In this document: positions 17,179 to 26,283 of the stretch, piece by piece
How positions within the stretch are numbered: position 1 is the stretch's first letter
Layout of the letters: each line of letters opens with the position of its first letter
Source: Candidatus Obscuribacteraceae bacterium
Lineage (GTDB): Bacteria > Cyanobacteriota > Vampirovibrionia > Obscuribacterales > Obscuribacteraceae
Assembly (NCBI GenBank): GCA_044226015.1
Contig: JBGAHS010000005.1
Coordinates: forward strand, 640,001 to 704,000
Direction of reading: 5' to 3'
Length of the DNA: 64,000 nt
Translations under genes and position numbers: made by a program
Notes under the pieces: model-generated
Seen by the model: only the letters and a program-made list of their open reading frames with translations
What the model was told of the DNA's origin: nothing
The model's database searches: none

Positions 17179-19379
17179 CTCCTAAACCAGCTCCTTATCT
17201 GCTCCCATCTATTAGACTCGGGTTTTGCCCAGTCTATACCGATCATGTGCTCGTTTATTTCCCCGAATGTTTCAATCAGTTTCTCTACCACTCTGGGATC
17301 CCTGCAGGTTCCTCCATGAGAAATTGCATAGCAGTCTGCAAGTACTTCAAGCGGACCACGGTCCGGTGACATATACTCGTAAAACTGGTGAAGCAATCTC
17401 AATCGTGTTCTTGACTCTGTCATAATAGATTCGTCGATTATACCTGCTTCAGCGACCACTTTTTCTGCCGTAGACTCGAAAGCGTTCATGTAGCTGAACC
17501 ATGACTCGGCTCGATTTTTATCGTAGATTTTCTGGATTTGTTTGGTCCAGCCATAAGTATGGTCTATAGCATGTCCTATCTCATGGCGCACCACGCCCTC
17601 TGTAATGCCGCTTGCCTCAAATCGTTTCGTTGAGTTTTTAAATGCCTGCTGAGGAATGACAACCATTTTTCTAGTGGTATCTGTGCATCCTAGTGTGTTT
17701 TCTAAGTCTCCAACGTAGTCCATCACATCTGTAATTGTTCTAGGTGCGAAGATTTTGTAACCTGCTTTTCGAATGTCATTGATGTGCTCAGCGGGCAGAG
17801 TTAGTAGCGTTTCCTTGACTCTAGCAACGTGTTCAACCGAAGCTTGGCTGCTGACGTTATTTTCCATCATTTTGTCGATAGATTTTACAGCTTCAGGTGA
17901 GTGCCGTGCCTCAATTTTGTTGTGGTTCCTAAAAATGTTGCCTTCGCTTTGATAATCAAAGTCAAACTTATTCTTCGCAAAAAGTAGCTCAGGCTGCTGC
18001 TTTCGACTGAAGACGGCTTGCTTTTCGCCATTTACAAGCGCTTCTTCTGCATGCTCAGCTTTCTGCGCAGCCTTTAGAAATGCACCTGTCTTTTCTGTAG
18101 CAAGTGCTAATTCTTCTACTTTGTTGCCAGTCGATAAGATGCGTCCGAGATGTTTGCTTGTGTTTGCAATAGCTGCACCGGCAGTTTCAATTTCGCCAAT
18201 TCCACCTGATGTGAACATCAGCGAGAGCTTTCCAGCTTGTTTTCCGCGCTCATAGTGGCTCGACTTGCTGTAGCTATCAGACCAAGATACGACACCGTCG
18301 GCGATGGCTTTGCCTGCTTGACCGGCGTCATTCATTATGCCTTTGCCATCCCCTTTTCCAAGATGAACAGCGTAGTAATCGAATGCTGTTTTTACAGACT
18401 CTTTGGCGCCTGCGGTAAGGTCATTGACCAAGTTATGCTTGCTCAAGTAGTCGACGCTTTGCACCACTGTTTCTTTGACCGCTTCGCCAAATCCATCCTT
18501 GAAGCCTTTACCCATTTCAAGGACGTCATTGAAGTTTTGCACTCCCATTGTCCTTCCATGGTAGTCTCGCGGGAGGGCTTCCGGTCCCAGATTCTCTGGC
18601 GTAGGTGGAATATGCATAGACTGTTTAGATATTCGCTCGAACTGTGCGCGAGCTGCTTCTACTGGATTTTGTCTTCCTGCTGGCGAGTGCTTTTCGATGA
18701 GCGATTGCTGTTCAGCCGCAGCATGTTGTTCTGTCTTTTCTGTATGCGAGTTCTTTTCTGCAGGTGTGTTCTGTTCATTCGCAGCATGTTTTTCTGTTGG
18801 AGCGTGCTTTTTCTCAGGTGTTCGCTTTTCTGGGGTTGATTGTTTCTCAGAAGAGTGATGCTTTTCCGCAGGCGAGTTCTTTTCTGTAGGTGTATGTTTC
18901 TCAGAAGCTGTATGTTTCTCAGAAGCTGTATGTTTCTCAGAAGCTGTTTGTTTCTCAGCAGCTGGATGCTTCTCGTTGGATGCAGCTGTTTGATGGGGGG
19001 TCTGCTCACTCGACCTTAATTTTGGCTGCTGTTCTTTTGGGTGTTCCTTCGCACCTGCTGCATCTTTTGCAGAAGCGCCGTGGTTCGAATCGAGGTGCGA
19101 GTTACCTCTACCTGTCACGCCTGTGTTGTGTCCCGTGGATTGCTCAAAGTGCGCTGCTGATTCCTTCTTAGACGCAATGACTCGACCCTTGTCTGTGATG
19201 CCGAAACTCTGCCCGCCACCGCCGTCAGGGCTCACAGTGAAACGCCGATTTGGGTTTGCCTTTAATGCTTGTCGATGAGCATAAACGGAGTTCTCAGGGC
19301 TGTCCTTTGCGAGTCTTTCGCTTGCTCGCTCAGCCTTCTGAGAAGTATTATCTGTCTTGTGCTCTGCTTTATCCGACAT
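17175..19379 (-). CDS. Putative polymorphic toxin with C-terminal anthrax-lethal-factor/PPEP-like zinc metalloprotease
   Basis: LPAEHINDIRKAGYKIF...ITDV, HEIGHAIDH, downstream EVLADCYA (third ligand); 6-aa repeat linker; Gly/Ala-rich central region. Confidence 0.75.
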   Translation of the reverse strand: MSDKAEHKTDNTSQKAERASERLAKDSPENSVYAHRQALKANPNRRFTVSPDGGGGQSFGITDKGRVIASKKESAAHFEQSTGHNTGVTGRGNSHLDSNHGASAKDAAGAKEHPKEQQPKLRSSEQTPHQTAASNEKHPAAEKQTASEKHTASEKHTASEKHTPTEKNSPAEKHHSSEKQSTPEKRTPEKKHAPTEKHAANEQNTPAEKNSHTEKTEQHAAAEQQSLIEKHSPAGRQNPVEAARAQFERISKQSMHIPPTPENLGPEALPRDYHGRTMGVQNFNDVLEMGKGFKDGFGEAVKETVVQSVDYLSKHNLVNDLTAGAKESVKTAFDYYAVHLGKGDGKGIMNDAGQAGKAIADGVVSWSDSYSKSSHYERGKQAGKLSLMFTSGGIGEIETAGAAIANTSKHLGRILSTGNKVEELALATEKTGAFLKAAQKAEHAEEALVNGEKQAVFSRKQQPELLFAKNKFDFDYQSEGNIFRNHNKIEARHSPEAVKSIDKMMENNVSSQASVEHVARVKETLLTLPAEHINDIRKAGYKIFAPRTITDVMDYVGDLENTLGCTDTTRKMVVIPQQAFKNSTKRFEASGITEGVVRHEIGHAIDHTYGWTKQIQKIYDKNRAESWFSYMNAFESTAEKVVAEAGIIDESIMTESRTRLRLLHQFYEYMSPDRGPLEVLADCYAISHGGTCRDPRVVEKLIETFGEINEHMIGIDWAKPESNRWEQIRSWFRR
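18670..18985 (-). repeat. Coding 18-bp/6-aa repeat (xxEKHx), about 15 degenerate units; three perfect copies at 18891-18944
   Basis: TGTATGTTTCTCAGAAGC x3; protein ASEKHT ASEKHT ASEKHT PTEKNS PAEKHH... Confidence 0.9.
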
Positions 19380-19613
19380 AAGACTACTATACCTCTTGAG
19401 GCAAGGCTTGTCGGCAGTTGTGATTGCTGATTCAGGAATTTAAATCTTGCGTGCTAGCAACCTTCTCCGCAATCCAATTTTTGCCTGATTCCTCTGCCTC
19501 GGCATCCTTGTTGCATGCATGCATCCCCGCAAAGCAAAGTCGATGTTATTGGTGGAAATCCCCCAAAGATTGTCTTTCGGTATAATGACTAAAGATGTTG
19601 CCGAGGTGATCAA

Positions 19614-20983
19614 ATGAAGCCGCATAGCGAGAACTCTGTTTCATCAAAGAGCACTGAGCGTGCATCCGAGAGAAGTGATTCGTCTCTTGAGAAATCCTCA
19701 GCGAATTTGCAGGCTGAAGCGTCACCTGCAATGAGTGAATTGAACGCGATGATTATCTTGAAGAGGCAGGAGAATAAGGCTCAGAGAAATGAGCGCCTGA
19801 GTAGTCAGTTTCGGCAAACCGGAGATGCTAAGGTTGGGGTTATAACTCGTCAGTTTGGCTGTAGCATTGAATTATCTGACAAGCGAAAGGGCGCAGTTGT
19901 TGTACCTGGAAGGTCAACCGAGGATCTTGCTCGATTGCAAGAATTGAAGTCAGCTGCAAATACCGATGCGCTTATTGGTGAGGGAGGGTCTATCCTGATT
20001 CCCGATAAGACTAGTCCGCGCAATGGAGATGATTCGAATGCAACGCCACAGTTGTATGATGAAGCTTCTGGTGAGATTCACATTGGAAAGAGGACATACT
20101 CTCGCGATCAAATAGTTGCTGATGCTTCTCAGAGCACCAAGGGTGATGCCATAGCAGTTAAACATCCTTTCGTGCTAAATCCTGGTGATAGGTCATGTGA
20201 TTATCCGGACGGTGTCGGTTATATCATGAGAAATGACGGGACTTTGATAAATTCAAGAATGGAAAATATCTTGGTACTGCAATCGATGAATCAACCAACA
20301 AGCCATATAATGCTAATGGTTCTCAGATTTCTTTTCCAGGAACTAGTGATGTGCACAATTTTGGCAAATCGAAAGTCCGCTTCATCAATCCATCATTGCT
20401 TCAGGGTGGAGTGCAGGAAGATGTGAAACTTGAGAGACCTAAAGAGAAGCTCGACGCTCAATTGGACGAGCAAGCTGCTAAAAGCCGATTAGAGAAGACT
20501 CAGATCAGCGAAAAGGATGCACTAAAAGACAAGGCGCAGACCAATGATAAGCCTGATTCGTTCTATTCTTTGGTTCTTAAGGCTAACTATTCCTATGAAA
20601 CACAGTCAGGCAGCATGACTGGGCGACGCGATGGTGGTGATTACATAAACATTAATATTCGAGATAACATGGTAGTGAATGGAAGCCCGATCAATGATGG
20701 TTTATCCCATCGAGGTGTTTTCCCAATTGATGTTGAAGGAGCCTACTTTAAGTGGGTTGATGCTACAGTGCAGGTGAATTCTGGTGGAACAGGCTCAATA
20801 GAGATTCATGGACTTAGTCCCAACACTGGTGATAAGCCTCCGGGACCTGACCGTGTCTGGTATTCTCCTTCTGAGACCTCATTTACGTTGCACCAGAGGA
20901 CAGAGAAGCTGCATGCAGATGTCCACAATTTTTCGCAACTGCCTAAAGAGGTTAAGCGGGAAACTGTAATGAAGAGAAAATGA
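19614..20983 (+). pseudogene. Single hypothetical gene split by a frameshift (ORFs 19614..20426 and 20351..20983)
   Basis: The second frame is open from 20237 (DFDKFKNGKYLGTAIDES...), overlapping the first by about 190 nt; the tail of frame 1 looks out-of-frame. Confidence 0.6.
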
Positions 20984-22017
20984 AGTTGAGCATTCTAAAA
21001 TTCTCTATTTTTGCAGTTATTTGCTTTCTCATTGGGTCGTCTTCTGTCTTTGCAGACAGCTTGTTAAGTCTCTCGGACTGGGAGAAGTTGTATAAGGAAA
21101 CGAGGGAAACCGATAGGCGTGGCGGTCGGACACTGCAGTCCTACGAGGAGTTGATTACTAGAAATCCTGAAGGGGTGCCGCCTGATGAGTTGAGCATCTG
21201 TTACTTACAATTGGCTCGGAAGTTTGATGATCTGCATGAGCAAAAATCACACTTGTTGAAAGCTATTGATTTGGCAAAGCATGCAACGGTTAAATCCCCA
21301 GAGTTGTGCGATGCTTTTAGTGACCTATCTTATACCTGCATGAGGCTTGGAGAATACCGCGATTGCGAGACATTCGCTAAGATGGGTATGGATTACGCCG
21401 CTGTCGTCTACGGCAAGAGTTTGCGCAGTGGAAGTTCAATTGTTGTCTATGCTACAGCTGCCGCCAAGAATAGGAATTACAAATTTGCAGAAGAGCTCAT
21501 TTCCAAAGTCGACGAAATGTGCAAGAAAGCCAGTCTTGAAGAAAGGCGAGACTACGAGACACAACTACTCTTTGAGGTTGCAAGCGCTTATCAAGCAAGC
21601 GGTGATTTTTCAAGCGCAGAGAAATACTTTAGGAGAGCCATTTATGCGGCAGAGTCGCTATGGTATCCGTTGTGTGATTGGTGTGGAAGGTGCTTTTCTA
21701 ACCTAGTGACTTGCTGTAATGAGCAGGGGCAATACGCTGAGTCCGATAGAGTCTTTGCTCGCGCGCTAAGCATTCAGAAGACTGGTAATGACCCATTAGG
21801 TGTTGATATTTGCAAATTTTGGAATGGGCAAAAGGCACCTGAGGATATGAGAGTCGTATTTAGCCCATATGAAGTCGTTTCGGAAAAGGAGATGCAAAAG
21901 CGGCGCACTCAGCCGCCTCGTCGCAAGGCGCTCTCTGCTATGGACAAAGATCCTCTGGTGGTCTACAAAAAATACTTGAAGCGAATTCAGCGAAGCAATG
22001 CAAAGGCGAGTCACTGA
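20980..22017 (+). CDS. Exported TPR protein
   Basis: Signal peptide; TPR-like A...Y...GD...AE.YF.RA repeats; ATGA overlap with the upstream gene. Confidence 0.8.
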   Translation: MKLSILKFSIFAVICFLIGSSSVFADSLLSLSDWEKLYKETRETDRRGGRTLQSYEELITRNPEGVPPDELSICYLQLARKFDDLHEQKSHLLKAIDLAKHATVKSPELCDAFSDLSYTCMRLGEYRDCETFAKMGMDYAAVVYGKSLRSGSSIVVYATAAAKNRNYKFAEELISKVDEMCKKASLEERRDYETQLLFEVASAYQASGDFSSAEKYFRRAIYAAESLWYPLCDWCGRCFSNLVTCCNEQGQYAESDRVFARALSIQKTGNDPLGVDICKFWNGQKAPEDMRVVFSPYEVVSEKEMQKRRTQPPRRKALSAMDKDPLVVYKKYLKRIQRSNAKASH

Positions 22018-22055
22018 TCGCGAGAGGCGGCGACAGAGTTCCGTCTGAATGTATG

Positions 22056-22081
22056 AGCGTCGGACTTTTCAATCCGACGCT
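22056..22081. terminator. Hairpin between convergent genes
   Basis: AGCGTCGGA-CTTTTCAA-TCCGACGCT. Confidence 0.45.
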
Positions 22082-22157
22082 TGCATAGCTACTTCATGCA
22101 GTGATGTATTTTAGTCTGCCATGAGTAATTGGAGCGGACATAACCTATGTTCGCTGG

Positions 22158-23012
22158 CTATAGCCCATCCTTAATCCGTTTCAGGCGTATGTTAGGCGAG
22201 AGTTCGGAGTCTAGTGGCTCACGATAAGACTCTCTCCTGGTTACATCAGAGATTACTTTTCTGAATTTCAATGTGTCTTCTTCTGCGCCTGACTTTGAGG
22301 TCAGTGTGAGATCCACCTGTGCGGTCTTAGTATGACGCACTTTTGCATCTTGATAAATTGGCGGATACGAGGTCAAAACGATACTACCTGTGCTAAGCAG
22401 CTCAGTGTCATTTGATACAGACATCTTGCCGCTTACCTTAAGACCTTTCGCCTCCAACTCTTTGTTCAATTGCTTGATCAATTTGTTGAAAGACTCTTCG
22501 CCTGCTTTTGCTGCTTCTCCAAGCAAGTTTTGGATCTTCTCATTCCTGCCACCATATGCGAAGTCATCGTTCTTGCCAATAATCGCAGCGATCGATTTTG
22601 CATACTCGCGAATCTTCTGGTCATCGAGCGGCTTCTCATTCGCTTCGAGTAGCTCTTTGATAAGTGTTTTGTGTTCTTCCCAAGCCTTATCTCCTTCTTT
22701 TGGAATGACCGAACCTTCTTTGATTTGATCCAATATCGATTTCAAATTCGGTAGCGCCTGAGTATTGTTCGGTGTCTTGTCGATCGCATTTTTGACCTGC
22801 TTCATCAATGATTCGATGTTTGGAAACTCAAGCTGACTTGGCGATGCATTCTCATTCTTGTCCGTCAATCGCGGCAAGTTGCTCTTCGCTTCCGGGCTGT
22901 TATTCTTCAAGATTTCGACGAGCGAGAGTCCGTCGGTGCTGCTGTTGTTTGTCTTGTTGTTGTTGTTGTCCAAATTGTGCTGCGATTCGATTTCGTAATG
23001 TTTGTCTGACAT
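22158..23012 (-). CDS. Hypothetical protein, paralog of 236..1303
   Basis: ATG 23012 preceded by AGGA; shared C-terminal domain. Confidence 0.8.
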   Translation of the reverse strand: MSDKHYEIESQHNLDNNNNKTNNSSTDGLSLVEILKNNSPEAKSNLPRLTDKNENASPSQLEFPNIESLMKQVKNAIDKTPNNTQALPNLKSILDQIKEGSVIPKEGDKAWEEHKTLIKELLEANEKPLDDQKIREYAKSIAAIIGKNDDFAYGGRNEKIQNLLGEAAKAGEESFNKLIKQLNKELEAKGLKVSGKMSVSNDTELLSTGSIVLTSYPPIYQDAKVRHTKTAQVDLTLTSKSGAEEDTLKFRKVISDVTRRESYREPLDSELSPNIRLKRIKDGL

Positions 23013-23240
23013 ATTCCTGCGCCTCATCCTTTTCCTGCTGCGGTCGATTGAATTCCGACCGCTGACTTCCTGGCGCAACCTTCGCGATGCTTATGTTCTA
23101 TCCTCGGCGGATCAATTCTGGACTGCGGACTTCCGCATTTGTTTGCTGTGCAAGTGATATTGGCGTTTGGTTGGGAGTGCGCTTCACGCTGCGGCGAAGC
23201 TTTTGTTGGATTGCACGACGTGTGCCACGGAGCTGAATCG

Positions 23241-23285
23241 GGGGAAGCTGCATTGGGGGAAGCTGCATTGGGGGAAGCTGCATTG
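23241..23285. repeat. 15-bp tandem repeat GGGGAAGCTGCATTG x3
   Basis: Read directly; a degenerate copy lies at 23228-23240. Confidence 0.9.
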
Positions 23286-23567
23286 GCGATGCGGTATCAA
23301 CACAATGGTTAGAACGAGGCGAAAGTTATTTGAAGGGCAAATTTCTTGTTGCAGAGGATGTAACTCTTGGCTCTCTTGAGATCTCTTGACGCTAAGAGGT
23401 GAGCCGTCTGGATCCAAAACTTTGAACATTGGATTTCCACAGGATTTTGCACAATCTGGAGTTTGTCGCTTTTTCTGAGACGGCGATAGGGCGGCTAGTG
23501 TTGCTTGTTGGCAAGCGGTCGCTCTGGTTCTCAGGAGGGTTGAATTTCAACACGGACTGGCAATTAT

Positions 23568-23576
23568 TGTTATAAT
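23568..23576 (+). promoter_or_regulatory. Extended -10 promoter of the tRNA gene
   Basis: TGTTATAAT ending 9 nt before the tRNA 5' end. Confidence 0.55.
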
Positions 23577-23585
23577 TCGCCCATT

Positions 23586-23659
23586 GCCCTGGTAGTTCAG
23601 TTGGATAGAACACCTCCGTCCTAAGGAGGGTGTCGGGAGTTCGAGTCTCTCCCAGGGTG
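23586..23659 (+). tRNA. tRNA-Arg(CCT)
   Basis: Acceptor GCCCTGG/CCAGGGT, D arm GTTC/GAAC, anticodon arm CCTCC-GTCCTAA-GGAGG, T arm GGGAG-TTCGAGT-CTCTC; CCA not encoded. Confidence 0.95.
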
Positions 23660-23768
23660 AGCTTTTCCGGGATCGGTATATACGAGGCCCTACATGGGCC
23701 CTACATAAAGATTTTGAACACGATTCGTCCTAAGGAGGGTGTCGGGAGTTCGAATCTCTCCGAGGGTG
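23618..23768 (+). mobile_element. 109-bp mini-element or duplicated att region
   Basis: tRNA 3' part repeated at 23727-23768; 23618-23707 is near-identical to 23727-23816, including the GGCCCTACAT doublet. Confidence 0.8.
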
Positions 23769-23900
23769 AGGCTTTCCGGGATCGGTATATAGCGGGCCCT
23801 ACATGGGCCCTACATAGACCCAAGAATATGCGATTCCAAAGATCGAACTTGTTGCCGCACCAATGAACTATCGTTATTATCGATACAGTTCGATTGGGGG

Positions 23901-25109
23901 ATGAATAGGATGTCCATCATTTTTATTCACGGCGTTGCAAATCGAGATTCAGATCAAAAATTGCAAAAGACGCGTTTGATTCGAAAACATATGTTTGAGG
24001 AACTGGTTGTAAAACCCGCATCTCAGAAGGTCGCTTCATTTAAATTTGTAGCACCCTATTGGGGCGATCTGGGAGTGTCAGTCCCCGGCAACTTCAAGTC
24101 ACTTCCCAGAGCTACTTACAGGGAGTCTTTGTCTGGCACCAATGAAGACACCAATTCCGGTTTGGATTACCTAATTGCGCTCTATCCTCAACATTCAAAC
24201 GTGAACAAAGGAGAGCGACAATCTCTAGGGACTGCAGCGAGTGGAACGACTGATCAGGTTCTCGTAATTCCTGCTCAGGAGAATCCCAAAGAGTTGATTT
24301 GGGCATTCACTTCAGAATTGATCGAAGATGCATTCTCCTTACATACGGATCCTACTGCGGTAGTTGACGCCATTTTAAAGAAAGCAAAATCGCAATGCGA
24401 TTCAGAGGAATTTTTGGACAGCTTAAGAAAATGCCAGAGCAATAAGGACGTTATCGAAAAACTAGAAGGCTCGTACAATGCCCCTCCTCCTGTTGGAGGA
24501 GGAGGACGACAATCTTTAGGTCCAGCCAAAGATAAGGCTACCCAGCTGATTGATTCAAGCAAAAAAGTCTTAGAAAAAATCGGGCATCTCGCCGCACGCG
24601 GGCTTTCCATTCCTTTTGTAAACATAGCGAGAGATCAGGCGACTACAACGAGGAGATTGATTTTTGTCGGTGACGCAATCAAATATGGAACCTCTGCTCG
24701 CAGAGATGTAATTGATCGCGTTCTTGAAGCAGTTAAACCTGAAATTGGTGCCGACAACCCGCTGATATTGGTTACTCACTCCTTCGGAGGTATAATCGGC
24801 TACGAACTTCTCAAAGAATTAGAGAAGGACTCTGTTGCGCTCTGGGTTACTGTTGGTTCCCCTCTATGTTTTTTCATTGAGCTTGGGCTATTTGACGATC
24901 CATTGCAATGCAGAAAGCCTGAGTCCGTGAAGCGATGGCTGAATGTTTATGATCCTCTCGATCCGATCAGCAGCATGGCTGAACCGATTTTTCCAGGACA
25001 GGTCACCGACATATTGTTAAAAGAGGGGCGTTTTCTGAATTCCGCACATGGAGATTACTTTGTTTATCCATCATTCTACGAAATAATTACAAGCGAATTG
25101 GAGAGCTAA
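23901..25109 (+). CDS. Alpha/beta-fold hydrolase (lipase-like)
   Basis: IFIHGV, THSFGG nucleophile elbow, VTVGSPL, WLNVYDPLDP, AHGDY (Ser-Asp-His triad). Confidence 0.8.
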   Translation: MNRMSIIFIHGVANRDSDQKLQKTRLIRKHMFEELVVKPASQKVASFKFVAPYWGDLGVSVPGNFKSLPRATYRESLSGTNEDTNSGLDYLIALYPQHSNVNKGERQSLGTAASGTTDQVLVIPAQENPKELIWAFTSELIEDAFSLHTDPTAVVDAILKKAKSQCDSEEFLDSLRKCQSNKDVIEKLEGSYNAPPPVGGGGRQSLGPAKDKATQLIDSSKKVLEKIGHLAARGLSIPFVNIARDQATTTRRLIFVGDAIKYGTSARRDVIDRVLEAVKPEIGADNPLILVTHSFGGIIGYELLKELEKDSVALWVTVGSPLCFFIELGLFDDPLQCRKPESVKRWLNVYDPLDPISSMAEPIFPGQVTDILLKEGRFLNSAHGDYFVYPSFYEIITSELES

Positions 25110-25113
25110 TTAC

Positions 25114-26283
25114 GTGCTTTGGCTTGATCGGAAGAACACTGTGGGAGACAACTCACCTTCAACGCATGCTTTTGTAATCGGTGTCTCGCACTACGACATA
25201 GTTGAGGAAAATCCAAGCAAACATCGGACGTTTGGTATCAATCATTTGGACTGTGCGGCATTGTCGGCTCTTCAATTCGCCAGATGGCTGCGAGATGACT
25301 ATAATAATGCCGCCGCTCCGCTCTCGACTATCAGAATGTTGCTTTCTCCCTCAGTATTGGAAAGAGGAGAAGATCCCGATCTCAATAACTGGAACGACGA
25401 GCATTCTCCAAGCACCGAATCGGTTACTACGGAACTCGAGCTGTGGAGAAATGATTGCCGTAGAAACCTAGACAATGTTGCAATTTTTTATGTCTGCGGA
25501 CATGGTGGAATGTTCAACAGAGGAAAACGATTACTACTCTTGAAAGATTTCGCAAAGCATGAGCAGGTACTGAATTTTTCAATAAACGTAGATAAGGTTA
25601 TTAGTGGATTTGCCGAGAATGATATAGCGCAGACCCAATTCTATTTTGTCGATTGCTGCTCAGTTCGCTTGGGAAACGGAGATGATATAGATTTGGGAGA
25701 TGGAGTTGGATTAACCAGTGCCTGGGGACCCAGTCCAAGGGCTTCTTCCACTTACTTTGCATCAACATGTGAAGAAGAAGCTTATGGTGATCCTGGTGAA
25801 GCTACTGTGTTCATGCAAGCATTGCTTCGATCGGTTTCGGGAGAAGGTGTCGTACCGCATTTAAACGCAGCTGGAAATTGGACGGTGACTGCTCAAAGCT
25901 TGGGCACCACTTTGACTCAACTAGTTGCCAGCCTCGAACCAAAGCAACGAATCACCACTCATTTTATCGGCAATCCGAATTTTCATGTCATACCAGGATC
26001 GCCTAAAGTATCCAGGAAATTACACGTTTCGCCAGAGGAAGGTGCTGAAAAATCTGATGTGATCATCAGGGACAATCAGGCTACAACAAGAATGAAGGTT
26101 GATCGCCCCTTTGCACCCAGTCCGCGGGAAATAGCATTGGAAGCTGGGATTTATCTTGTTGATGTGGTCCCCAGTGATAAATACAATCCGAGAACTAACA
26201 TTGGCTTCGATCTTATTCCAAGTCTTGGAGCTCAGTTGAATCAATTCGATATTGAATTGGAGTTGCAGGTCAATGAAAAATAG
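25114..26283 (+). CDS. Caspase-family (peptidase C14-like) protease
   Basis: THAFVIGVSHY first strand, FYVCGHG (His), FVDCC (Cys). Confidence 0.85.
   Translation: MLWLDRKNTVGDNSPSTHAFVIGVSHYDIVEENPSKHRTFGINHLDCAALSALQFARWLRDDYNNAAAPLSTIRMLLSPSVLERGEDPDLNNWNDEHSPSTESVTTELELWRNDCRRNLDNVAIFYVCGHGGMFNRGKRLLLLKDFAKHEQVLNFSINVDKVISGFAENDIAQTQFYFVDCCSVRLGNGDDIDLGDGVGLTSAWGPSPRASSTYFASTCEEEAYGDPGEATVFMQALLRSVSGEGVVPHLNAAGNWTVTAQSLGTTLTQLVASLEPKQRITTHFIGNPNFHVIPGSPKVSRKLHVSPEEGAEKSDVIIRDNQATTRMKVDRPFAPSPREIALEAGIYLVDVVPSDKYNPRTNIGFDLIPSLGAQLNQFDIELELQVNEK

Noticed and set aside
23727..23768. Additional tRNA genes at 23727, 37399 and 46342
   Set aside because: Only the anticodon-loop-to-3' part is present; there is no 5' acceptor strand or D arm.
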